Below, one piece after another: positions 31,057 to 40,396 of a DNA stretch of 64,000 nt (position 1 is the first letter of the stretch; each line of letters opens with the position of its first letter). The DNA is from Vicinamibacterales bacterium (GTDB taxonomy: Bacteria; Acidobacteriota; Vicinamibacteria; Vicinamibacterales; UBA8438). The translations under genes were made by a program, and so were the position numbers. The stretch covers positions 6,455,474 through 6,519,473 of the forward strand of contig OZ252227.1 in assembly GCA_965249175.1 (NCBI GenBank), read 5' to 3'. Under the pieces are notes generated by a model, which was given only the letters and a program-made list of their open reading frames with translations, ran no database searches and was not told the DNA's origin.

Positions 31057-32649
31057 ATGAGCAACGTCTTGAGCGAACACACACGACAGCAAGTTCTGGC
31101 GCTGGGGCGACTCGGCTGGTCGCTGCGACGCATCGAGGAGGCAACGGGCGTCCGCCGAGAGACGGCGAGCGGCTATCTGAAGGCCGCCGGGGTCCCGGTG
31201 CGCGGGCGTGGGGGCCGGCCGCGGGCCTGGCCACCAAAACCGGCCACCACGCCCGAGGTGTCCACCGACCCGCGCCGGCCAAAACCGGCCACCACGGCAC
31301 CGGTGTCCACCGACCCCACTGCGCTCGCGCCGCCTGGCCGGGCGCCGCGGGCGAGCACGTGCGAGCCGTATCGCGAGCTGATTGTCGAGGCGTTGGGCCG
31401 CGGGCGCAACGCCATGGCCATCTGGCAGGACCTGGTCGACGACCACGGGTTTCCCGGGCGCTACGCCAGTGTCCGCCGCTACGTCGCCACGCTGCGGACC
31501 CAGCCCGCCGTCGAGGCCCGTGTCGTCATCACCACGGCCCCGGGTGAAGAAGGCCAAGTCGATTACGGCGAGGGCCCGATGGTCCGCTATCCGGACACCG
31601 GCACGTACCGGCGCACCCGGCTCTTCGTCCTGACGTTGGGCTACTCCCGCAAGGCGGTCCGGTTCCTCGTTTGGCGCTCGAGCACCCAGGTCTGGGCCGC
31701 GCTCCACGAGCGCGCCTTCCGCCGGCTAGGCGGTACGGTGCGCGTCATCGTCCTCGACAATCTCAAGGAAGGCGTCCTCACCCCGGACGTCTACGACCCG
31801 GCCCTGAACCCGCTCTACCGCGACGTGCTCGCCCACTACGGCGTCGTCGCCCTGCCGTGTCGCGTCGGGGATCCCGATCGCACGGGGAAGGTCGAATCGA
31901 GCATCGGCCACGCGCAGAAGACGCCCCTGCAGGGACTCCGCTTCGAGATGCTCGACGCGGCCCAAGCCTATCTGGACCGCTGGGAGACCCGCTGGGCCGA
32001 TACGCGCATCCACGGCACGACCAAGCGCCAGGTCGCGGCGATGTTTGCTGAGGAACGACCCGCGCTCGGGCCGTTGCCTCTCGAGCCGTTCCGCTACTAC
32101 CAATACGGCGTCCGGACCGTCCACCTCGATGGCTGCGTCGAGGTCGAGGCCGCCTTCTACGGGGTGCCGCCCGGGTGGATCGGCCGCCGTGTCGACGTCC
32201 AGTGGAACGGCGCGACCGTCCGGGTGCTCCATCCCAAGACCGGTCAGCTCCTCCGCGAGCATCTCCGCGCGCCGCGCGGCTGGCATCAGATCGCCGCCGC
32301 CGACCGCCCGGCGCGCACGCCGGCCAAGACGCTCGCCCTCCTGGCTGCGGGCACACGCGCCGGGCCCTCGGTCGGCACCATCTGCGACCACATCCATCAG
32401 CACGACGGGGCGACTGGGGTCCGCCGCATCCTGGGCGTCCTGTCCCTCGTCAAGCAGCACGGCCCCGCCGTTGTCGAGGAGGCCGCCGCCGCGGCCCTCG
32501 AACTCGGTGTCCCGACCTATCGCTTTCTGAAGCGCTACCTGGATCGCCGGCCGGCGGTCCCGCTCACGCTGCGCCAAGTGGACCCGCTCATCCGACAGCT
32601 CACGCTCTACCGCGATCTCATCGATCGCAGAACAGGAGACTCGTCATGA
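31057..32649 (+). CDS. istA: IS21 transposase IstA
   Basis: PGEEGQVDYG, DNLK, GKVE, R.HGTT. Confidence 0.93.
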   Translation: MSNVLSEHTRQQVLALGRLGWSLRRIEEATGVRRETASGYLKAAGVPVRGRGGRPRAWPPKPATTPEVSTDPRRPKPATTAPVSTDPTALAPPGRAPRASTCEPYRELIVEALGRGRNAMAIWQDLVDDHGFPGRYASVRRYVATLRTQPAVEARVVITTAPGEEGQVDYGEGPMVRYPDTGTYRRTRLFVLTLGYSRKAVRFLVWRSSTQVWAALHERAFRRLGGTVRVIVLDNLKEGVLTPDVYDPALNPLYRDVLAHYGVVALPCRVGDPDRTGKVESSIGHAQKTPLQGLRFEMLDAAQAYLDRWETRWADTRIHGTTKRQVAAMFAEERPALGPLPLEPFRYYQYGVRTVHLDGCVEVEAAFYGVPPGWIGRRVDVQWNGATVRVLHPKTGQLLREHLRAPRGWHQIAAADRPARTPAKTLALLAAGTRAGPSVGTICDHIHQHDGATGVRRILGVLSLVKQHGPAVVEEAAAAALELGVPTYRFLKRYLDRRPAVPLTLRQVDPLIRQLTLYRDLIDRRTGDSS

Positions 32650-33407
32650 ATCTGGTGGAACTCGACCGCGCGCTCCGCAAGCTCCGGCTCTCCGGCATGG
32701 CTGATGTCCTCGACACCCGGCTCCATCAGGCCCAGGCCGAGCAGCTGGCGCCGATCGACCTTGTCTCGACGCTGGTCGGCGACGAACTCCAGCGCCGTCA
32801 AGATCGCCTCCTCGCGCGCCGCCACAAGCAGGCCCGCTTCCGCGACCCCGACCGCGCGCTGGACGGCTTCGACTTCACGTTCAATAAGAAGATGAACCGG
32901 GCGCTCGTCTACGAACTCGCGACCGCGCGCTTCATCGCGCAGCGTGAAGATGCCCTCTTCCTTGGCCCGCCGGGCACCGGCAAGAGCCACCTCGCGCAAG
33001 CCATCGGCCACGCCGCCATCCAGCAGGGCTACCGAGTCGCCTATCGCGAGGCCCACACGCTGCTGGAAGAACTGGCCGAGGCCACGCTCGCCGAGACCCG
33101 CAAGGCCCACCTGGCCGAATTGACCGCCGTCCCGCTGCTCATCATCGACGACCTCGGCATGCGCAAGCTGCCGCATACGGCCGCCGAAGATCTGCTCGAG
33201 CTCATCATGCGCCGCTACGAGCGCGCGTCCACGCTGCTCACGTCAAACCGACCCGTGGACGACTGGGGGAAGCTGCTCGGCGACAGCGCGGCGGTCACCG
33301 CGCTTCTCGACCGGCTCCTACATCACGCCCACGTGCTCAAGTGCGGCCCACGTAGCTGGCGCACCAAACTGCACGCGGACTTGCGATCCACGGAGGGCCT
33401 GCGGTAG
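32646..33407 (+). CDS. istB: IS21 helper ATPase IstB
   Basis: GPPGTGKSHLA, LIIDDLG, TSN, LDRLLHH. Confidence 0.95.
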   Translation: MNLVELDRALRKLRLSGMADVLDTRLHQAQAEQLAPIDLVSTLVGDELQRRQDRLLARRHKQARFRDPDRALDGFDFTFNKKMNRALVYELATARFIAQREDALFLGPPGTGKSHLAQAIGHAAIQQGYRVAYREAHTLLEELAEATLAETRKAHLAELTAVPLLIIDDLGMRKLPHTAAEDLLELIMRRYERASTLLTSNRPVDDWGKLLGDSAAVTALLDRLLHHAHVLKCGPRSWRTKLHADLRSTEGLR

Positions 33408-33491
33408 AACTCAATCCGCCTCACGCGCCACGTGCGTGGTGGCCGGTTTTGAAGTGTCGATCGATGGCCGGTTTCGAGGTGTCCACCGAGG

Positions 33492-34255
33492 AGGAGTGTG
33501 CCGAGAAGGCGTTTCAACTCGATCCCGAGACGGTATCCGGCCGTCACGTGCGCGCTCTTGGTCCTGTTGCATCGAGGACAGGCGCAACGGGCGATGCTGG
33601 AGCTCGGGCGGGCTCTTAGGATCGAGCCCAACAATCCTGATGTGCTGGCGTGGCGAGCGTCGCTTCTCGGGTTCGCGGGGAAAGACTCGACGAACGAGTT
33701 TGCTCGGCTGTTGGAGGTTGACCCCCTCACCCCGTTTAGTCAGATGGCAAGCGCGTGGTGCACCTTCTTACGCGGACAGTTTGCCGCAGCGGCCGAGGAG
33801 AGTCGCGGCGCTTACGGGCGGGACCCAGACAATCCCGGCACGGCGTTCGTATTCGCGGCGGCCCTTGCGAGAAGCGACAGGCGCGCGGAAGCGGCGACGA
33901 TTTACAAGAGGGTGACCTCGCAACAACCCGAGACGATGTTCGGGCGCCTGGCAAAGTTCCTCGGCCATGCGTTGACCGGGGAAAAAGCCGGAGCATTGCG
34001 AGCGGTCACGCCTTCGCTGGTGAACGCGGTTCGGTGGGATCTGCTGTACTCCTGGGAGATGGCGACCGCGCACGCACTCATCGGCGAACGTGTCCAGGCC
34101 CTTGAATGGCTCTAGAGCGCGCGACACGGTTGGGGTTCGTCAATTACCCGTTCCTCTCCGAGTACGATCCGCTGTGGGCACACCTCAGACAGGACGCGCG
34201 GTTCTCGGCGTTGATGCAGAAGGTCCGGTTACAGTGGGAACGGTTTGAGGTGTAG
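33492..34255 (+). pseudogene. C-terminal TPR fragment of a kinase/TPR-type protein, 5' end lost at IS21, frameshift near 34115
   Basis: ALRIEPNN, EVDPL, GF.NYPFL..DPLW..LR.D.RF tail. Confidence 0.7.
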
Positions 34256-34431
34256 CAGACCGACCAGACGCGCTTCCGCCCCTCCGTCTTATGAGCTTCA
34301 ACGAGACGGCGGCTCAGAGCTAGCCCGCGGCCTCCCCGTCCCTCCTGTCCGCTCGTTGCACACCGTCTGCCCATGCGAGACCGTGATCAGCCGAGGCCGG
34401 GCGAGTCGGTAAGGGACCAACGACGCGGGGA

Positions 34432-34791
34432 CTACTTCTTTCTCGAGCGCTTCTTGGCCCGCTTCGTCTTCGCGTTCTTCTCGACCCGCAGCTTCCACGC
34501 CGTGCTGAGCGCGCCGGCGAGCGTGGCTTCATCGGCCGCGGCCAGCCGAACATGGGTCGCGCCCATCCGTCCCCACCCGCCGGCAATCGGTTCGAAGACG
34601 TCGGGGGCCTCTTCGACGAACGTGGTTTGCACGTCGGGCGTCAGCATCAGGTTGCCGAACCCTTGGGAGGCAGACGCGAGCGTCGCGAAGATCCGACCTG
34701 CAACGCGGAAGTCGGGAGATCCCATGTGGGCGCCCTCTTCGGCACCGTCGAGCGCGAGCGCGAGTCGGCGAAAATCGTCCGCGGTCGTCAT
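34432..34791 (-). CDS. MmcQ/YjbR-family protein
   Basis: FRRLALAL.GAEEG.HMGSPDFRVAGRIFATL, GGWGRMGAT.V.L. Confidence 0.85.
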   Translation of the reverse strand: MTTADDFRRLALALDGAEEGAHMGSPDFRVAGRIFATLASASQGFGNLMLTPDVQTTFVEEAPDVFEPIAGGWGRMGATHVRLAAADEATLAGALSTAWKLRVEKNAKTKRAKKRSRKK

Positions 34792-35018
34792 GAGGTGGTC
34801 GTGAGTATCACGGTGGTAATCAGATGACCGCCTCCTGGCGAGGCGGGGTCGTCCTTGCCAACCATCCGAGGCCGTGATCAGCCCCGGCCGGTGGCATAGT
34901 CGGCTTCCACCCGACGGGAATCCGGCACTACCTTCGGACCGCATAAAGTTGGCGCAAGGGTACGGCGAGGACAAGCGCCGCGACGGCCGTGGTCGCGTGC
35001 GGGTTTCGACATGGCACC

Positions 35019-36122
35019 ATGCGTATCAGCTTGAACCAAGCGCGGTGGTTTCGATTCCGGCGCTCAGGTCTTGGGGAGCCGTTCGCCACTCCGCCTGGGA
35101 CGGCGCGGCGTCTCATCGGCGTGCAGGCCCAGATGAGCGCGGCCGCCGACATCGCGTTCTTCAACCGCACCGCCGGCGTGTCACCTGACTCGCTCGCTCA
35201 GGCGCGTGTCGGGACACGGTCGGTGGTTCGGCTCTGGGGGCAACGCCACACGCTGCATCTCTACGCGGCGGACGATTGGCCACTGCTGTGTACGGTCTTT
35301 CGGGACCGCGAATCCGTGACAACGAAGCGACTAGCGAAAGCGGCGTTGCTTCCCGAGTTTCGACGACTGGTGAAGCGCGTGGAACGGCGCCTCGCTGCCG
35401 GTGAGCGCCTCACCTATCGAGACGCGTCGTCGAAGAAGCTCGAAGGCACCCTGGACGAGTGGGGAGGGGTAGGCTATGCCACCTTTCGGAAACTCGTGCG
35501 TGCCGGCGTCGTCTGCCACGGCCCAGATGACGGCGTTGAATCGACGTTCGTCCATCGGAGATCATGGCTACCAGACCTGCCCTGGACGGTGCCGGACCCC
35601 AGTGCGGCCTACGTCGAACTCACGTGTCGATACCTTGGCACGTATGGTCCAGCGACACCCCGTGATCTAGCGTTCTGGTGCGGCGCGACGATCACGAACG
35701 CTGAGCATTGGATCGCGGCCGCCGGAGGTCGGATTGCGGACGTCACAGTCGATGGGCAACCTGCCCACTGTCGCACCGAGGATCTGGAAGTCGTCGCGGA
35801 AAAGCCGCCACCCGCCGGCCAATGGCCGGTGAAGCTCCTGCACCGCTTCGATCCGTTGCTGCTGGGTACCAAAGACAAGAGTTGGCTCATCGAGCCGCGG
35901 TACTACAAGCGGGTCTGGCGCTCCGCCGGCCATATCGACGCCGTTGTCCTCGTTGGCGGGCGAATCGCCGGCACGTGGCGCTACGACAAGCAAACGAAGG
36001 GGCTCAGGATCACCGTCAAGCCGTTCGAGCCGTTCAGCCGTCGGGTCGACCGCGCGGTGGCACTCCAGGCCAGAACGCTGGCCAGGTTCATGGGGCTCGA
36101 TCTCCTCGAACTCACGAGCTAG
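35019..36122 (+). CDS. HTH_42 (AlkZ/YcaQ-like) DNA glycosylase family protein
   Basis: GVQAQ motif, WGQRHTLH, YLGTYGPATPRDLAFW, FDP.LLG, G.IAGTW. Confidence 0.85.
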   Translation: MRISLNQARWFRFRRSGLGEPFATPPGTARRLIGVQAQMSAAADIAFFNRTAGVSPDSLAQARVGTRSVVRLWGQRHTLHLYAADDWPLLCTVFRDRESVTTKRLAKAALLPEFRRLVKRVERRLAAGERLTYRDASSKKLEGTLDEWGGVGYATFRKLVRAGVVCHGPDDGVESTFVHRRSWLPDLPWTVPDPSAAYVELTCRYLGTYGPATPRDLAFWCGATITNAEHWIAAAGGRIADVTVDGQPAHCRTEDLEVVAEKPPPAGQWPVKLLHRFDPLLLGTKDKSWLIEPRYYKRVWRSAGHIDAVVLVGGRIAGTWRYDKQTKGLRITVKPFEPFSRRVDRAVALQARTLARFMGLDLLELTS

Positions 36123-36412
36123 CCAGTGAGCCCGTTCTTTGCGGGCGTTGCATGGGCTCCGTCATCGTCCGAGACTTTCGCCTCGATTCCCGCCTGTTTC
36201 TGACGCTCGCGCCTGCCGGAGGCCGGGGTCATCAAACATCGGTTTCTGAGCCGAGCCTAGCAGGAGCGCTCTGCGTTCGTGGCCCCGCTCTTCCTCCCGG
36301 AGGGGTTACCCCCCAGGCCGATGCCGCTCGTGCGCGTAGCTCACTAGCGGACTGGAGTCCTGGAGCTTCCTGGGCATTCTGAGCGCGGTCCCCCGGCCGG
36401 CTGCCGGCGCCC

Positions 36413-36520
36413 GTGTCCTAGGTGTCCTAGGATCTCCCCCTTTTCTCCACCTCCCTGTATTGCTTTCCTTCGCGTTCGAGATTGGCAAGAAGTACAGATC
36501 TCCTAGGACACCTGGGACAC
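36413..36520. repeat. Orphan inverted iteron pair (origin-like)
   Basis: gtgtcctaggtgtcctagga ... tcctaggacacctgggacac, 19/20 complementary. Confidence 0.65.
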
Positions 36521-36587
36521 CAACACTGACGCGAAGCGGACGGGTCGTCGCGCTAACGTCGCGCCTTGCGAGGCCGATACCCTCCAC

Positions 36588-36803
36588 ATGCGATCAATCC
36601 TGCGACGGGGCGCCGAGCAGCTCGAGTATGAGATCCACACTGGCAGCGGCCAAACACCGTACGCATTGCGCATCGCCGCTCCAGATGGCCGGCTGGTGCT
36701 CGACGAGCAGTTTCCTGAGCCGTACGCACTGCACGAACGGGCCGCCCAAGTTGAGCGGCTGCTCGCCCGCCTCGGCTGGCACGGGTCGCCTCTCGACTGT
36801 TAG
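36588..36803 (+). CDS. Small hypothetical protein
   Basis: 71-aa ORF with plausible composition. Confidence 0.55.
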   Translation: MRSILRRGAEQLEYEIHTGSGQTPYALRIAAPDGRLVLDEQFPEPYALHERAAQVERLLARLGWHGSPLDC

Positions 36804-36854
36804 CCGGAGGGTGGGATCTGTGGCCCGGCGCGAGAGCCATAATCCGGCCCTCCG

Positions 36855-37547
36855 ATGTCCCTGGCGCCCGGCTCATCCCTCGGCCCGTATGAGATCCGCT
36901 CCCAACTCGGCCAGGGCGGGATGGGCGTCGTCTACCTCGCCCAGGATCCGCGCCTCAAGCGCCAGGTCGCCATCAAGCTCCTGCCGCCGGACCTGACCCG
37001 CGACGAGATGGCCAAGCAACGATTCCTGCAAGGAGCGCAAGCGGCCTCGGCCCTGGACCACCCGAACATCCGCACGATCTTCGAGATCAACGAGACGGCC
37101 GATGACGTTTCTACAGAGACGGTGCTGCGCGGCGGGAGACGGCGACCAGAACGCACGAATGGGCACGACCTCCTGGGTCGAGACGAATCACTCACGGTCG
37201 ACCTGACGACGCGGGCGGACACAAGAACAGGCGGCTGCAAGCCGCGCGAGCTCGCCCGGATGCCGTTCTCGAACCTTCAGGATCTCAAGGACGAGGACGG
37301 CAACTGGCTCCCGATGTCGCAATGGCCCCGTGAGGCGGCCGCGGCTGTGGCTCGGGTTAAGGTTCGGAAGGAAAACCTCACGGCCTGCGACGGCGTCCAG
37401 GAGGTCGTCGTCGACGTCCAGATGTGGAACAAGAATCAGGCGATCGATTCCGCGTTGAAGCACCTGGGGATGCTGATTGAGCCGGTCGAGCACGGCGGAG
37501 ACATCACGATCCGATGGCAGACCGAGGAGGAAGCGAAAGGATCGTAG
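36855..37547 (+). pseudogene. Chimera: kinase N-terminal stub (to about 37106) joined in frame to a terminase-small-subunit C-terminal fragment
   Basis: [13 protein letters not shown]...SALDHPNI, then VSTETVLR...ELARMPFS...DEDGN...W...K..A...LKHLGM..VEH.G. Confidence 0.7.
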
Positions 37548-37738
37548 GTCCCGTATTCGGCGCAGGACGCTGTGCGGCCGTGGTACCCTCTCGTCCGTGC
37601 CGGAATTGCGCGAACACCCACGTGTGCCCGGCCCGTTACAGGTGAGCTAGCGTCGAGCCCCCTAGAGGTGGCCAGGCTCAGATCGCGAACCTGAGCGGAG
37701 AGCAGAGGCAGCGAGTACCGAGCAATGAGGAGCTTGTA

Positions 37739-38755
37739 ATGGGACAGGACTTGTCGTTTCGTGGATGCCGTCGCGTGGCTGTCATTGTCGCTGTAGGGGT
37801 GGCCGTTGCCGTGCCCGTGGCGGGCCAGAACCCGGCAGCGGGGCCACAGGCGTCGATCAGCTCGACGGCGCCCCGCACCGCTGACGGTCATCCGGATCTT
37901 CGGGGCGTATGGTTCTTCGGTACGTTGACGCCCCTCCAGCGACCCGACGACCTGGCCGGGCGAACGCATCTCACGGACGAAGAGATTGCGGCGATTGAAG
38001 AAAGGGCCGGAAATCGGCCGCAGTTCTTTGGACTGTTTGGGGACACCTCGAGGTACGCCTTCGACAAGCGGACCTCACTCATCGTGGATCCGGCCGACGG
38101 GAAGGTTCCTGCGCGGACGCCTGCTGGAGAAAAGCGACAAGCCGAGCGCGACGCGGCTCGCCGAGCAGCCGCCAACCCCGAGGACCTTCCCGTGTACGAG
38201 CGGTGCATCCTCGGGTTCAACGCCGGTCCCCCGATCATCCCCGCCGGGTACAACCAGTACATCCAGTTGTTCCAGACGCGCGACCACGTCGCGATCCACA
38301 CCGAGATGGTGCACGACACTCGCATCGTCCCACTCGATGGACGTCCACATCTGCCTTCCCACGTTCGCCAGTGGAACGGAAGCTCGCGCGGGCGATGGGA
38401 AGGGGACACGTTCGTGGTCACGACCACGAACTTCAGGAGCGAGGGGACAGGGACCCTGATGCTCGACGGCAACCGGGCCAGGCCCGGCGTCGGATGGTCG
38501 CCCGACGAGAACCTGACGCTCGTCGAGCGCTTCACGCGCGTGGACCCCGACACGCTGATCTACGAGTGGACGATCACCGATCCGACGGTCTGGACGAAGC
38601 CCTGGACCGTGTCCATCCCCATGGCGCGGAGCGACCAGCAGCTGTATGAGTACGCCTGCCACGAAGGGAACCACGACATGGGGAACATTCTGGCCGGCGA
38701 GCGGAATCTCGAGGCAGAGGATGCAGCGAGCGGGGCGGAGGGGAATCCACGCTGA
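37739..38755 (+). CDS. Secreted hypothetical protein
   Basis: Signal peptide, PRTADGHPDL.G.W, G.S.G.WEGDT, LYEYACHEGN; from recollection a pattern common in Acidobacteria. Confidence 0.75.
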   Translation: MGQDLSFRGCRRVAVIVAVGVAVAVPVAGQNPAAGPQASISSTAPRTADGHPDLRGVWFFGTLTPLQRPDDLAGRTHLTDEEIAAIEERAGNRPQFFGLFGDTSRYAFDKRTSLIVDPADGKVPARTPAGEKRQAERDAARRAAANPEDLPVYERCILGFNAGPPIIPAGYNQYIQLFQTRDHVAIHTEMVHDTRIVPLDGRPHLPSHVRQWNGSSRGRWEGDTFVVTTTNFRSEGTGTLMLDGNRARPGVGWSPDENLTLVERFTRVDPDTLIYEWTITDPTVWTKPWTVSIPMARSDQQLYEYACHEGNHDMGNILAGERNLEAEDAASGAEGNPR

Positions 38756-39046
38756 CTGAGGCCAGCGGGATCGACTCACCCGATACCACTCACGCAGCAT
38801 CGGAAGCAGCGTGGGGATAGCATGACGTAGCGATCCTCGTGTGGCGCCGTGGAGCAACGCCGCTGCCGGCGCGGCCCACGTCTTCCGGCGCACCGCGTTG
38901 GGGCGTCGTCAGCGCCGGCGTGGCGCAAGCGTTCACCGGCTTCTCGGAGCTGGCGATGAGCATGAGCATGCCCCGAGCGTTGTGCTGTTGGCCTGGATGA
39001 TTGCCGTTGGGCTCAGGATGTGGCGTCAGGAGGCGGCGCAGCAGTC

Positions 39047-39130
39047 ATGGCCCTAGAAGTCGGCTCCCGCCTCGGCCATGACGACGTCACCGCCCTCATC
39101 GGCGAAGGCGGCATGGGGCAGGTCTATCGC
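39047..39130 (+). pseudogene. Kinase N-terminal stub
   Basis: [28 protein letters not shown], then unrelated sequence. Confidence 0.8.
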
Positions 39131-39143
39131 TCGGCCCGTATGC

Positions 39144-39215
39144 TCGAGGGCGGTCGAAGCGGGGGGCAGGGGGGCAGTCTGGTGATCGGGGGGCTTCTAG
39201 AACCGGCTATCGTCC
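39144..39215 (+). repeat. 72-bp direct repeat, copy 1
   Basis: 68/72 identical to 43158-43229. Confidence 0.85.
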
Positions 39216-39216
39216 A

Positions 39217-39568
39217 AAGACCGCCGAGTTGGCGGCGGTGGCGGCGATGGCCGATATTCTCGTCGCCGCCATCGGACGACCGGCGTTCGTGACGCCGGCG
39301 TTCGTCAAACCGGGCGCGACGGTGATCGACGTCGGCACGAACGCGCTGACCGACCGTGACCAGGTGGCCGAGATCTTCGGGGTCGGGTCGAAGAAGATGG
39401 TGGCGTTCGACAAGCGCGGCCGCGTGCTGTCCGGGGACGTGCATCCAGCAGTCGCGTCGGTCGCGGGCGCGCCTCACGCCGGTCCCCGGCGGGGTCGGGC
39501 CGCTGACGATCGCCATGCTCCGGTCCAACACGGTCACCGCGGCAGAGGCACGACTGGGCGCTCGCTGA
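39217..39568 (+). pseudogene. folD: FolD C-terminal fragment, frameshifted
   Basis: [40 protein letters not shown]. Confidence 0.85.
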
Positions 39569-39795
39569 CCGCGCAAGCTGGTCGCGTGCGGCAACCGCGA
39601 ACCCCCGCCGCCGGGGCCGCGTGTATCGCTCCGATCAGCCGGGTCGTACGGCCTCGCTCCTGATCTATACCTGCCCGCGATGGCGCTCCCCGGTGCGAGC
39701 GTCTGGCCCCGTATGACGACGTATCCAGACGGATGTCCTGGGTGCCGCGGTTCCAACATTGTGTTCAACGGCGCTTGGGCGACACTCTCCGCACA

Positions 39796-40368
39796 ATGAA
39801 CTCCACGTCGCTCGAACGTATCGACGGTTGCACGACAGTGCCCGTGCGCCCCAATTCAGACAACCGTGGATGCCTGTTCGAGATTTTTCGCGAGGAATGG
39901 CCAGGTGCCTTCAAGACGGTGCAGTGGAACGCATGTGTATCGCGCACCGGCGTGATGCGCGGTGTGCACGTTCACGCCGACTACGACGAGTTCTACACGC
40001 TCCCCGTTGGCCGCGTCTTCCTCGCCCTTCGCGATATACGCCGGGCGTCACCGACCTTCGGCAACAGCGTCGGCGTCGAATGGTCGGCGGCCGACAAATG
40101 TGCTGTTCCAGTGCCTGCCGGAGTCGCCCACGCAGTTTGTTTTCTGGAGGACTCCGTACTTGCGTTCGGGCTCAGCGGCTACTGGACACGTGAGTTGGAC
40201 GTGGTCGGCTGCCGATGGGACGAACTCGATCCGGCCCTGCAGTGGCCGATGGAACCCGCAGTGCTCTCGCGTCGCGATTCGGGGACAGGGTCGTTTACTG
40301 AGATGGTCGCCAAGTACGAACCCGTATCCGCGTCGCTAGCCGAGCGCGCCACGCCCGCGCGCGCGTAG
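39796..40368 (+). CDS. dTDP-4-dehydrorhamnose 3,5-epimerase-like (RmlC cupin)
   Basis: DNRG...E.FR, Q.N...S..GV.RG.H, DIRR.SPTFG, P.GVAH. Confidence 0.85.
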   Translation: MNSTSLERIDGCTTVPVRPNSDNRGCLFEIFREEWPGAFKTVQWNACVSRTGVMRGVHVHADYDEFYTLPVGRVFLALRDIRRASPTFGNSVGVEWSAADKCAVPVPAGVAHAVCFLEDSVLAFGLSGYWTRELDVVGCRWDELDPALQWPMEPAVLSRRDSGTGSFTEMVAKYEPVSASLAERATPARA

Positions 40369-40396
40369 TCGGCGCCGCCGGGGCGGAGGCAGGCTA

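Larger units (their letters stand above)
30949..33491 (+). mobile_element. IS21-family element
   Basis: Terminal IRs cctcggtggacacc / ggtgtccaccgagg, with repeated aaaccggcca boxes; no TSD evident. Confidence 0.92.

Noticed and set aside
31230..31320. Tandem repeat PKPATT...VSTDP
   Set aside because: These are internal copies of the IS21 terminal boxes within istA, part of the IS rather than a separate system.
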